DNA of 64,000 bases from Proteromonas lacertae (lineage: Eukaryota). The stretch spans positions 1-64,000 of the forward strand of contig NGBS01001170.1 of the NCBI GenBank assembly GCA_002245135.1. Direction: 5' to 3'. A program made the position numbers and the translations under genes. Within the stretch, counting starts at the first letter, position 1, and each line of letters starts with the position of its first letter. This document shows, piece by piece, positions 15,004 to 28,490 of the stretch. Below the pieces are notes generated by a model, which saw nothing but the letters and a program-made list of their open reading frames with translations, was not told where the DNA came from and did not search any database.

Positions 15004-16131
15004 CTAAATGAAGTGTGGATCACTTTTAATTTGATTATAGAAAATTTTAGATCTTAATTCACTTTTATTCTGAAATTGAAATAAATTACATCTTATCCAA
15101 TCATCTTTACATTTAATATAAATTTCTCTCAACTTTTTATCATAATAAATATCACCTGGTTTTGCATCAACCTTAATCTTACCTAGAAAAGGAGGATCTA
15201 AGTGTTTCAATAAAACTAATCGTTTCTTAAAATGAGTATGAACAGCTAAAAATACTCTCCATCTATTATACACTTCCTGACAAGTCATTTCTTTCCAATT
15301 TATTAATTTATAATTCTTAGGTAAAATTGGAGCATAAGTTGCATCTTTTTCATCCTGTTCAATTACATTGTGAAATGACTCTGGATAGTTTAATAAAACA
15401 TCTAATAAACATCTTGCCATTAATATATCTAAATGATAAGCTAATCTAAATAATATATATATAATATTAACAATAAAAAAATAACAATATATATATACTG
15501 AGGATATGTCATTGTTTGTCTGATAGTGAAAGGAACTTGTTTAATTATTTTACCATTATCAAATCTAGTAGGATCTATTTCTATAATAGATACACCACTA
15601 TTTACTTCATTGTGTAGAATTTGTTGATAGATTGGAGCTGGACCTCGATATTTAGGTAAGATAGAAGGATGTGCATTGATTGTGTTATAACGAATGAATT
15701 TGAGGATATTTGGACGAATTAAATAACGAAATGAAACAACTACACCAAAATCATATTGATGATCTAATTGTAAATCCCAATATTTGAGTGATTTTCTAAT
15801 ATTTATTGTAATTATAAAAAAATACATGTAATGAGGCACTTCTACAAATGGAATGTCCTTTTTTAAACAATAGTCTTTAACAGCACTGTGAGTTAGAACT
15901 AAACCTCTTCCTGCTGGTTTATCAGGAGGACATATAACCTATTTCATTATAAAATTTGTATCATACAAGTAAATCCTTAAGATCGAGAGCTTCTGCATTA
16001 TAATATATAGTTTCTAGTGATGGAATTGAATTTGTGTCTCCTCCAAAGAACAAAATACTATATCTAGCGCATTGTCTATAATAATTAAAAGACCTTGCAA
16101 CCCTATTTATATGAAAGAGTTGCTGCATCAT
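15004..16131 (-). CDS. FMT: Methionyl-tRNA formyltransferase, organelle-targeted
   Basis: INAHPSILPKYRGPAPI and FDNGKII formyltransferase motifs, N-terminal ILFFG, basic presequence-like N-terminus. Confidence 0.9.
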
Positions 16132-16284
16132 TTCAAAATTTTTAAAAAACTAAAAATCTAAAGCTTGAGTAACGGCTTGATGATTTCTTTTTCATTCTCT
16201 CAACAGAACAACGTTAAAGTCAAAATAATATTATTAAAATGATGAATAGTACTAATATATATATATATTTAAAAAGAAAAAAGA

Positions 16285-17108
16285 TTAAGGAGGAGGAGTT
16301 GTATCTATTTAAAAATAAATTAGAACTTATAGAAATATTATACCTTTATCACTTGTTTCAGTAAATGCTCCTACTATTGCACTTCCTAATAAAATCAAAA
16401 TAAATACAGTCACTAACACTAAACAAATTCTGTCTGTCATCATATTTGATCCAATTTTCTTTAATAATTTTGTAGATTGATCTAGTTCTGCTCCTAAAGA
16501 ATTCAATTCATTATCTAATAATCACATTAACATTAATATTTATACTGATATTATCCATTTGTTCAGTTTGTTCAAATAACACTTCCAAAGATGTTTGACC
16601 TATTTCTTTTGATTCTTCTATTGATGATAATGCTTCTCCTAAATTGGCTTTCATTTTATTTTGCATATGATTCATTTGTTGTATAGCTACATCTCCAGCG
16701 GTTGCATCACCTTCTTTCTTTTCATCATCTTTATCACCTAACAATTGAAATCTTTTGTATTTCTTTTGCTCTTCCAATAATTTTGTTCTTAATCTGTTAT
16801 ATTTCTCACTATATTTCTGTTTTGCCTATATTTCATAATAATTGATTAATAATACATCGTTATATTTCTCCTTCTCTTCTTCATTATTCAATAATCGAAT
16901 TTGTAGGATCAAAGCCCTAATTAAATATTTCACATTATCATCCTTTGATAATATTCAAAAATAAAAATACTTGTTTTGTTGCTAAATTAACATACATCTC
17001 TTCTTTGGATTTGTCAACATTTGGTTTACTCAACTCTTCAATAGTTGCTTCCATGTCTTTTAATCCATTCTCTAAGTCTTCTTCAGCGATCCTAATCTCC
17101 AAATTCAT
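16285..17108 (-). CDS. Q-SNARE (Vti1/NPSN-like) with C-terminal TM
   Basis: SNARE heptads (IEESKEIGQTSLEVLFEQTEQM) followed by hydrophobic tail MMTDRICLVLVTVFILILLG. Several short introns. Confidence 0.75.
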
Positions 17109-17357
17109 TATTTTAATAAATAAAGTTAAGGGATGACAAGCTGCAAGGCTTGAATAATTTCAGTTTTTATTTTCACTTATCTAAATACTATCGCTCCAAT
17201 GATATTTAGTTATTATATGTGTTTATGAATGCAATAAAAGTTATTTTAAAATTACAATTAAAAAAAAGATTGATTTTCCTATTCATATTTCATTAATCCA
17301 CCAAAACAACAGTTAAAAAATAAAAGAAATTCTAATAATAATATATCCCAATTATGC

Positions 17358-18470
17358 TTAGACTTTTGGTCCTCCACTTGTACTACCACCACTTCCTCCT
17401 CCTACAGTTGGTTCCATCTTCAATACACCAAATATTGCTAAGATGTATAAAATAAAACCAATCACTCCTAATACAAATCCACCATATACAAGTGTATATG
17501 CTAAGAACTTTCTGAAATCACCATTATATGAATAATACTCGGGTGGTACATGAATTGAAATAGCACAAACAGCACCAAATACATGCATCAATCTCATTCT
17601 GTCTTTGCCTAAAAACACTGACTTCCAGTTGATGATTAATGCCAATATAATCCAACCTAACATGAAGATGCATAAGTGGACATGACTTTGACTTAAAGCA
17701 CAGAATGCTAATATGAAATATGAAATCATGGAGATAACTTCTTCTTTACTTGAATCATCAACTGTTAATGAGAATAAAATTACCACTAAACCGTATGAAG
17801 CCATAGCATTACATAAATCTCTCCATTCGTTCCATGTTTTATGTGGTGTCTCATTCATAGCTTGTGCTAAAAAGCAAATATCTAATAAAAAATATAAAAT
17901 CAGTTAATTATACTTGCTAATGTGAGACAAACAACATATCTGATGTTGTCCTTGGAGGGTTGAGTAATCCATGTTCGAAGGAAAGATAATACACAGAATA
18001 AGGTTGGTAAAAAGGCAATGTAAAGTAAAATCTTTACATATCCATGAAATTTATCATTACTTGAATTATAACGAAATTCAGTCATGCTCAAGTAAATAAT
18101 CAATAAATCAAAGTATAATGAGAATAATGAAGTGAAATGAACAACATCTTTGTTAGTAGCGAGTGAAGTAATCTCCTATGCAAGTCATAAAATCATGATA
18201 TACCTTCGGATTACCCATATATTTCAAAGCCAGAGTTATAAGGACAATTGCTAAATACACAACTGCGAAAATTCCAAGGAAGTAAGACATACCGTCTGGA
18301 GCTTCCATCTTTTTATCACTATTAACACGACTTTCATCTATTTTCTGGAAGGCAATTGCACTTAGTTGAACCATTACTGGACCCCACATCCATTCGATGT
18401 TGGCTAGTTAAATAATATAAAATTAGCTTTTAATACCAGCATCTCTGAGTTTTTGCATTACACTACCCAT
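17358..18470 (-). CDS. Multi-pass membrane protein, unknown family
   Basis: Many hydrophobic segments; ORFs join through short GT-AG introns. Confidence 0.7.
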
Positions 18471-18607
18471 AGTTAAAAATTGAATTCTTAAAAAACAGTT
18501 ATTTTTTTAAGATTATGTAACGGCGTCTCAATTAACTATAAAACCGTTATAAAATAAGCCTCGATTAGAATTTCGGTTTTTTTTATTTTTTATTTCAAAA
18601 TTTATCT

Positions 18608-19595
18608 ATGTCTGAAGCAAAAAAATGTATTGATTCTTACATATTATTACTTAGATAATGCTGCTGTCTTATTGGCTCCAGCAATCAGCATGGTAATGGC
18701 TGCAGGTATCATTTTGAATGTTTTATTTATGTAGCTATTCCTGGTGTAAATAAATCTGATAGACCAGATGCTTTTCGTATCATCTATTTGGTAATAGCCT
18801 TCGTAATCTTTGTATTAGCAATTGTAGCTCTAATTATGGGTTATTGCAAAGGAGTATTCCTTTTATGCTTATATATTATAATAGAGTTCTTTCAAAGAAG
18901 AAATATTCAACCCAACTGCTATTCACTTTTATTCTTCAATTCCGTTATTCTGGGGATATATGGTTTATGCAATAGAATCATATGTACATAATGATGATAA
19001 AAAAGAATCATATTTTGATTGGTTAGATGCTGCAAGATATGTTTATTTAATCTTGATGTTACTCTGTCTCTTATTCATTGGCATAAGTTACTTATGGCAT
19101 TTTGGACCAGAATGTTTTAACTTTGAAATGGCAATTACATTAGCTGCTCTATGTTGTTATCCAACATTATATGGATATGGTTTATGGGAATGGGATGATT
19201 ATTTTGCTTCACACAAAACCATTGTAAGAACAATAATGATGATTTTGTTATTGAAAAACTTACAGAGTGGTAAAGATTATGTATTAAATGCTGTAGCACT
19301 AGCAGCATCAGTTATGTATGTTATTGGTGGTTTTATGGATGGATTTTTATTAGTGTTAGTTTTATTAGTGTTGATGTTCCCATCAGAATATACTAAATTC
19401 ATTACACTTGATAATTGGTTACCAATCATTTGGTCTCCAGTTGCATTTGGATTATGGAGCTCAAAAACCTACAATAATGAAGGTAGATTCTATCAAGATT
19501 CAATTGCATTCCTTCATATCTTATTATCAATTCCAGCTCAAATCTTTTTAGTGATATTTATCATCATGGCTGTATTAGGAAAGACAAAGAAATGA
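18608..19595 (+). CDS. Multi-pass membrane protein, probable distant paralog of 17358-18470
   Basis: Many hydrophobic segments and three short introns; N-terminal motifs align with the neighbour. Confidence 0.7.
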
Positions 19596-19692
19596 GCAGA
19601 TATTATTATTAAATTGAATATTATTAAAGAACCTTTTATTTTTTTATTACTTTTTTGTATATTTAAACAACAAAATAATAAATATCATTTAT

Positions 19693-21134
19693 TTACATTA
19701 CATTACAAGTTTGTGAGTTAATATCTTTCACTATCTCTCTAGCAGTAAAGAAACTACTAATTGAATTAGTCAGAAATATTCCATCTGCTCTATCTCTTGC
19801 TAATTCAACACCAGCTAAATAGCAATAAGAGGATGAAGCTATTTTCATTGCTTGCAAATGTTCAACATAAGTTCCACCAACAAATGCAATATTTCTTTGT
19901 CCTGATATCTTCTCTAATTCATCAATAATAATATAAACTAAATCTGGTGATAATAACACACCTTCACATACTCGATTATTCTTATAATAGGAATCAGTAA
20001 ACATTCTTACAGCTAACTCATTGAATGGAACATCATCTTTAAATGGAAATGTTATTACATTTCTATACTTATCTAGAAATGTATCATGATTTATTAACAA
20101 TAACTTCAAGTTATTATCTTTACATACTTCGATACATTGATTTATATCTTCTAAATTCTGTTCATGAATAATTGCTACAATATAAACAGCTTTCAAAATA
20201 TTCGGTAATGTCTCTAAATTCCTCAATATTATTTTATTCTCACATAATCTTTGATAAGATGCTTTTGCCTTGGATATTGACATATTCCCTGTATCTTGAG
20301 GTGTATTCATTTCTGATAAGACTCTACTACCAATTCCACTGTATAATGTCCTTTTACCGACTCTTACTACCATTCCAAACATTGTACCTTCGAGTAATAC
20401 TGAAGTAAATGGAACAAGATTTGATGCTAATCTAAACACATTATATATTATTATTATTATTATTATATTTATACAATGGATCTGCATTATCACAATATTC
20501 TAACAAATTATACTGTCTTGATTCTAATCCTAAATAGGATTCAGCTACACATTGATCAGCTACTATTACACGAATATCTGCATGGATTTTATCACCTCCA
20601 TTTATATATAAAATATCACCTGTAACAATGTCTTCAGCTGAAATTTTTGAAAATTCACCATCTCGTAATACAGTTACTTGTGGTTGAACTAATTGTTGTG
20701 CTTCTTTCCACCATGGAGCATCTGGAGGAGGAAATTCACCTGATGTCAGTGCTATACACTTAGGTGGAGGTAATGGTGGTAATGGAGTGTTTTTACCATT
20801 CAGTAATAAACGGTCTTGAGCAACAGCTATTGACAAATAATAAAACACTACAAAGATATACAAGTCTTGAGTCCTTTTGCTAAGTTGACCAACCATTGAT
20901 TGCATAATAAATACAGTGGAGCTTTGTGCTATAAATGAGTATGAATAAAGGTGAAAATACTTCTGTATAGTATAAAATAGTTGAGTTCTTTGGTTTTGGC
21001 CCATCCATTGGAGGTGGAGCTGGTTCTTCATCGACACTCACAGTAGCTCCAGCTAAATAATCACTAATTTGATCATCAATCTCTCTTGCTACGCTTTCAA
21101 GTCTATGAATCAGAATTGTCTTTAGCGGTAACAT
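19693..21134 (-). CDS. Degenerate soluble P-type ATPase derivative (N-terminal, A and P domains only), ~443 aa
   Basis: EHK..GL..A..RL..NGKN, VLRDGEF..IVTGDI..GDKIHADIRV and P-domain-like segments. No TM helices and no DKTGT. Introns 20929-20960, 20827-20861 and 20432-20474 give one open frame. Confidence 0.75.
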
Positions 21135-21333
21135 ATATTGAAATAAGTAATATTGAACAGATATAAATGGAAGAGAAGAAAAGAGAAAAGGGTGTGAAAA
21201 AATACCCCAAATTATTGATTTGGCTTGATTTTTCATTTTCATTTATTGAATGATTCAGCCAACAATACATGTGAATAATATTTCAAAAATACAATATAAA
21301 ACATAATAATAATAATAATAATAATATCTCATG

Positions 21334-23586
21334 TTACAATTTCTGTTTAATTCTTTGGTGAAGAGTGCAAATATAATCAACATAACTAGAACTAATGCCT
21401 TGCTTATCTTCAACCAAACAATTATAAAATACTTTAGCATTTGGTGATTCAGAACTCAATATTTTAATTTCAATATTCTGTTCAAATGGTTTTCTTAAAT
21501 AATCAATTACATTAAACAAATTCTGTGATAATTCACTTTCATTTACATATAATTGAGTATTCTGGAACTCTTCCAATGTTTCAACACCTGATAATTGTCT
21601 ATATATATCTGGATTAATAGAATGATTAACAAAAATATATATCTTAAAAAAAAATTAAAGAAAAATAAATTATCAAAATAAATAAAAAAGGATATTCGTT
21701 TCCATTGAATAATAAATAGTATTTATTATATTCCAATGAACTACTACTTGGCCATAATAAATTAGGCAATATAATAACACCATCATCATCATATTCACCA
21801 TAATTAACAGCAACTCTATTAGTATCACTTTCTTCATTACATGATAAATCGAATAAATATGGATATAAATACAATACTGATGTATGAACATTAAATGCTA
21901 ATATTCTCTATATATAAATAATTATTATATATATTATACATGTGCTTCATAAGATCTAATATCAGCTCTAACATCAACATCTTTATAAGATATCACTCCA
22001 CTATTATTCATTCTCAATAATGCTGATTTCAACATACACATTGTATATAATGGCAATGTTTTCAAACAATCAGGCAAAACTAACTGACCTTCAGGTGTAG
22101 TTGCTGCACAATTCTTACGATAAGATGTTAAAATATCCACACATTGATCGAATGGATAATATCGAGCATCATATAGATTCTTCTCATATAATTTCAATAC
22201 ACATTTCTTCAACATACAATTGACAATACATTCAATATCACAGTTACTAAATACTTCATTAATTAGAGTGGTCGTATTTAACCTTAGATTATGAACTCGA
22301 ATATATCTCTTCTGGTTAATTGCAGTATATAATAATGCAGTTTGAATATATACATAATCATTATCTTTTAAAGTTGATTTATGTTCAATATCAAAGTTCC
22401 AAGATTGTGAATAATCACATCCACCTAGATCTAATTGATCTTTACAGTTTTCATAACCAGGTTCTCCTAAATATCCACTCTCTACTATTGATAATCCTTC
22501 ACTTACTCTTATCTTTAAGATTGGTTCATATACATGTGGTGCTGATAATGATGTATATAAATCACTATGGAACTGTATAAATGAATCTAATGTTGGTTCT
22601 GGATAGTAATACAAATGGCCACCTGTATTAGTTGGTACTTGGCCTAATTCACAGAGTCTTAAGTAATTATCACTACCAAAGGCGAATATATCTATACGTG
22701 TATCTTTATTATTAAAGGCAGTAGAACGACAATAATAATAATTATCATCTTCAGGAGTGTAGTATTGTTTCTCATCTTCTCTGCCGTAGATGTTACATGG
22801 ATCAGATTGATAGGTGACTGAACCACTACCTGTGTTACAAGCACTACCATGGAAGACTAATACCTATATATATATATATAAAGGACAATAAAGAAGAAAG
22901 AAGGAGAAGAAGAAAAGAATAATAGAAGAAGAAAAGAAAGTATATATATAAATACTCTTCCTCCATCAACTTGTAATAAATCATATAATGATTCTAAACA
23001 CGATCCTAAACAATTACTTGGACTTTGATACTCTTCAGTTACTGCTAGTATTGAATCTAATATAATATTAATCTTATCGATCTCTTTAATAGATATTTTG
23101 AACTTATCATAAGGTAATGGTGTAAATCCATCTTGATTATCACATACTACATACACTTTTATTTTATCATCTTTAAGATAATAATAATTAATAGTATCGC
23201 TATAAGAAAGTATTACAACTTCAGCATTATCAACAGATTCTAATAAATGAATACATTCTTTTAAAAATGCAATTAAATTCTATTTATTATATATTATTAT
23301 ATTGTATATACTTGAAACCATCCACTTTTATAAGCAATATAGCCATTATTCACTGCAAATACATATATAGGTCTTTGGATTGGTCTTTGTTTGAATTGAT
23401 CTGCGACTAATAGATCATAACTACCATATAATAGTTCTGGATGTTCATTAATATCCACTCTTTTACCAAAGGAATCTAATGGAGCTACATAGTGAATTGG
23501 TACTGGTGATTTGGTATTGCAGATATTACATTGCATCTCTGTTCCATCGTTTAAGAATTTGAAGAAGGGATTGATATAGGCTCTAA

Positions 23587-23641
<55 letters not shown>

Positions 23642-24549
23642 TATATACAAGCATTTTGAACATCTTATATTTCCTATTAAATCAAAATCAACCATTGGAA
23701 CTTCACCTTCTTCTTCAGTTAACTCAGCTAAGGGATGAACTACTATACTAAATGGTAATCCACTCGCTATTGCTTGAGATCGAGTGGTTGGTACACGGTA
23801 AAGTGTGGATCGGACGAATCGTGGATTACATACTCCATTATCTAACGCTGTGAATGGACGAGTGGATAATGGAGGTAATACGAGATCTGAGGTTTGGAAT
23901 TCGATTTTTTCTGTTACTAAGGATGGTCTTGGTATGGTTTTTGGATCTACTCTTTGATTGGATGATTTCTAATGATAAATAAATAAATTAATGAAAAATA
24001 CATCAGCTTTTGTTTTGTATTCGTATTGCTTAATACGATTTCCATCACTCATATCCTTTGCTGGTTCTAGTGGTGGAGCTGGTGCTTGAGGAGTGTAGTT
24101 GTGAGGCCTTTGATTTTTGGGGAAATGAATGCCATTTAAAGTAGGAAATGTTATAGATGGTTGTAATCCACCACAATCTGGAGCTGCAACATCTGGATTT
24201 CCATTGGGTGTTAATGGTGAAGTTGCTATTTCATTTTCAAGAGGTGGTGGAGGTGGAACTGAATAGCCAGCGTTAAAACTCATTGGATTGTATTTAGTAG
24301 GAGCAGTTGGATTTAAAGCATCTGACAGATTTATAGGTGGAGGTGGAATTGCTGTTTGTGGAGGTGCAAAAACATTTGTTTGAGGATTTGGTGCTGGAAA
24401 AGTAGGTATTGGTTGTGGAAGTGGAACTGTTTGTGGAGCTACAGGTTTATTCGCTTCATTTGCTTTTTTCTATTGCATTTGTATTTCATTAAGATAAAAA
24501 AATATACATTTTGTAATCCTTTAGCAAAGGGATTGTGAATAGTACTCAT
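21334..24549 (-). CDS. SEC24: COPII coat subunit Sec24
   Basis: Pro-rich N-terminus, zinc finger RCSKC..AYINPF..CNIC, YIQTALLYT..RYIRVHNL and GQLVLPDCLKTLPLY. Confidence 0.95.
21644..21695 (-). other. Putative U12-type intron with AT..AA termini (52 nt) in Sec24
   Basis: 5' ATATCCTTTT and branch-like TTTTCTTTAAT. Ending at AA restores YLLFNGNE/IYIFVN; the AG one base downstream would frameshift. Confidence 0.8.
23589..23640. repeat. (TAA)n microsatellite in a Sec24 intron
   Basis: Perfect trinucleotide tract; it produces the spurious poly-Y run in the ORF track. Confidence 0.9.
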
Positions 24550-24634
24550 TACTTCTTACGTAAGAATTTAATTAAAATATTTCAAAAATTATATCCGTTT
24601 CTTGAATCACATTTTTCATTTTTGTTTATATCCA

Positions 24635-25648
24635 ATGAACCAGAATCAGGAAATGTTCAATTCATTGAAAATATATCCTACTGATGTTAATACAATTCTG
24701 GAGATGCTTAATTTTGTAAGAAAGAATAATGTATACTTATTTCTTTAATTGGGTAGTTTCATCTTCCACTTCTTGTTGCAAAGTATGGAATATACCTCAT
24801 AGAAAATCATATCAAAGAAATTAAGGATTATAGTATAAGTGTTACTGATTTTATTGTGTAATAATAGAATATGATATAATTGAACAAATTGGAGAAGCAT
24901 CTGCTGAAGTTGGCAATAAAGATATGTCAATAGTATTTAAGATATATCTATTCAATAGACTTGCTATAAATTATTAAAGAATCAATTCCCAGGTAGTCAG
25001 AGAGTAAAAATGTTTCTTGATAGATTGCATGTATTTTATTAATAAGTTTAATTACTAGGAATTGGATAATAAACCTGCAAAAATCTTAGAAAATATAATA
25101 AAAGAAAAACCATCCAATATAATCGCTAGAAAACGGGAATTAACAAAGACCAAAGCAAATAAACCAACAGATATATACATAAAACAATTAGTTGAATATT
25201 TAAATATATTTTTACAGGATGAAGAAGCTTGGATTGAATTGGCAAATCAATATCACAAAATTAATCACATAAAGTATGAATTGTGTATTAATATATATCT
25301 GTATATAGAGATACTATATTTTGTTATGAAGAATTGATCCTTTTAAATCCTTCTAATCCTATATATTTTCTTCAATTAGCTGAATTATATTATACATTGG
25401 GTGGAGCAGTTAATATTAAGTTAGCCAGACAATATTATATGAGAGTAACAGAATTAAACAATAGATCAGTACAAGCTTATATAGGAATATGTAAATCTTG
25501 TAGTTCATTGCATAAATCACACAATCCTGGTCAATTAAACACAAATGAAACTATTTTCAAGAAAGCTAAAGCAAAAGTATTGGAGTTATACCACGATTCA
25601 CCTACTTATAAGTATTTAGAGGAATATATCAACTCTCTTACTGTTTAA
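24635..25648 (+). CDS. EMC2: TPR protein, ER membrane complex subunit 2
   Basis: LVEYLNIFLQDEEAWIELA, YEELILLNPSNP..LAELYYTLGG and ARQYY match the EMC2 pattern. Confidence 0.85.
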
Positions 25649-25773
25649 ATGAGTAATTTCTATTATTGCAAGTATTTATTAAATTGTTTTTTTTTAATAA
25701 TAAATCCAACAAAACAACATAATTCATAAAATCTGATAATAAAAACAATAATAACATCATTCTAACTCTTTCT

Positions 25774-28337
25774 TTATTCATCTGGACATAATGCATTCTT
25801 AAAACTAAAAGGTTCGAATTTATAACCATCAGCTAAATAAAACTTATTCTGAAATTCAACCCAATGTAAACGAACAGCATGAAGATAACATTCTAAAGCA
25901 TCCATACACAATAAGAAGAATGTAGTCAACAAAGCAAAGATGAAAAATCCAACAAATGTAACAAAGAAGTTTTTCATACTAAATAACATAACCATTATTC
26001 TTTGCCAAAATACAAGTGACATTTCTAATTAAAATAAATAATAATAATAATATATATATATATATACGTGAATGTGCTAAACTCAAAGCCCACAATCTCA
26101 AGTAGGAAGCTGTATTAGATACACATCCTAACACATATTCAATCACTTCAATTCCTTGATGTATATACAATTCAGGACCATATACTTCCTCTTCCTCTAA
26201 TCTAATCGTTGGATTATTCTCTAAATATTGTATTCTAGATGGTAATTTATGTTCATTTCTTCCTTTATTCGGTAAACCTGCTATTTTCTTCTTGTGTTCA
26301 CCGTTAATTAATGTTGGTTTAACTAATAACATCCAAGGTATACAAATCACAGCGATTAATAATAAAAATACTTGTAATTGAGCTTGACCGTTAAACAGTG
26401 GAACAGTAACAGTACCTGGTGATAAAGCAATGTTAATCAGTGTAGTGATTAATTCAGGAACTTGTCTATGTTTACTCATTTCTACATCCCAATCTATAAA
26501 CCATTTTAATACTATAACAAATATCATATAACCGAATAAAGAGACAATGAAGATAATCTGTGGAACTGCTTCAAACCATAAGTCTCTATTGCTTTTGAAA
26601 TAGATTGTATTAGCTATTTTTAAACATACACCAATAATCATCTATATATAATATAATATATATATATATACATGTATAATTCCAACAATAACAGCTAATT
26701 TCATCTTCAATGAATTCACATATACCAATTCATTAGTACCTCTTTTCCACATTGGATCAATACCAAACGGGTAAACTTCACCTTTAATATGAATAGCATC
26801 ATAAGTAGTCAGATTCGTATTAGGTAATTCATATTTAGTGCCAAATAAATCCATACCAAGTGAAAAACAATCATTATATAATAATCCACAATACATTCCA
26901 AATAGACCCATGATAATAATAATATATCTACCTCCAAATATCATATCAAATATTTCACCTAAGTCCATTTTCTTTAATTTATCTTCAAATAATATAAAAC
27001 CTAATGCAAAGATAGTGATAATTAATGAATGACCTACATCGCCAAACATCATTCCAAACATCAATGGAAAGGTAACTAGAGTAAATAAAGACGGATTAGC
27101 TTCACCATATCTTGCTATACCATATGTATCAGTGATACTCTGATAAATTGAAGTAAAATAATTAACTTGGAAATAGGTAGGTGGTTTCAAACCTTGGCTT
27201 GGCAATCTTTCCACAATACCTTGGCTTGATACGTTTGAGTGTGCTTTTCTGACTGATTCAATTACTAAATCTTCTTCTGCTTTTAATACCCATCCTTCAG
27301 CTCTTAACATTCCACCTACATTAGTTTCACATTTATTCAAAGTATGATAAATCAATTTCTCTTTAGCAATAATCCATTTCCAACTATTCAAGTTGTTGGA
27401 TATCTCATTTAATAATGACATTAAATTATCATAACTATGATCTAATATATCTTTAGAATCACTGAAGTATTCCTCAATCTCATCACAGGTTTTGTTTACT
27501 TCGCTTGTTTTAGGTAAATATGGAACATCATATCTTTTGGCATTAAAAGCATCACATATCTTCACTAATAGACTTTGTATGGATCTTGTACGGTAGAATA
27601 TTAAGAATACTACCTTCTCTACTTTACTACCTAGTAATTTACCCATTGAGGTGAATTTCATGAAACAATTACCTCTTGTTGCTCTGAATATCATTCGTTC
27701 TAATCTAATTTGTTCATCTCTGTCGATAATTCCACTGATAAATGAGAATTTCATCATGGAATCTGCTTCTTCAGCTTGAATTAATGACGAAGTTTCATCG
27801 TGGTCACTTAAGTTACCTGCTTTATCATTTTCAAAGAATTCATGGCCTTTAACTAAGATTTCCTTTAATTCAGCTTTCTCGTTGTATTCTTTACGAAGTT
27901 GATCATAAATTGCACTTAATTGGTGTAAATCCTTTTCTTTTTCGTTGATTGTCGCTTCTAGATTGTCAAATCCTGCTGTATTTCCTTCACCTTTGCATAA
28001 AGTAGAGAGAAAAGTATCAATTGGAGGAGGTTCCTATAACGTATTATCATAACAAAAATTAGTAATACTGCTGGGTCAATATCAAAATCCTTTAAAACAC
28101 TCTCAAAATATCTTGTCTTTCTCTCTAATTCGTCACATCTTCTTATATAAGATGCATACCTTCTCTGAAATGCAGTTAAATGATGAGACAACTAAAGTAT
28201 AAATTTGAATTGAATAATACATCAGTAAATTCAACTGAGCCTAATGAACCAAGTTCATCCATTAATTGATGTCCTACGTCCTCTTCAAAGGTAATTGAGA
28301 GGTACTCCATTTCAGCTGATCTCAACCATTTCGCCAT
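25774..28337 (-). CDS. V-type H+-ATPase V0 subunit a
   Basis: [39 protein letters not shown] and LRLHW-type motif [13 protein letters not shown]. Confidence 0.97.
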
Positions 28338-28490
28338 CTTCGAACAATAAAAAAGATCGAAAAGAAATTTGATTGGATCAAGCTTTCTTCAAGCCTAGTG
28401 ATTTTTAAATTTGCTTTTTTCTCATTAACTAAAAGGAATAACAAACAAATAAATGTTAAATGTAAATGTAAATATTACATATTAAATACA

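Noticed and set aside
17358..21134. Split P-type ATPase, with the neighbouring membrane proteins supplying the missing TM helices
   Set aside because: Neither membrane protein shows the TM4 PEGL-type motif or other P-type TM signatures; adjacency alone is not enough.
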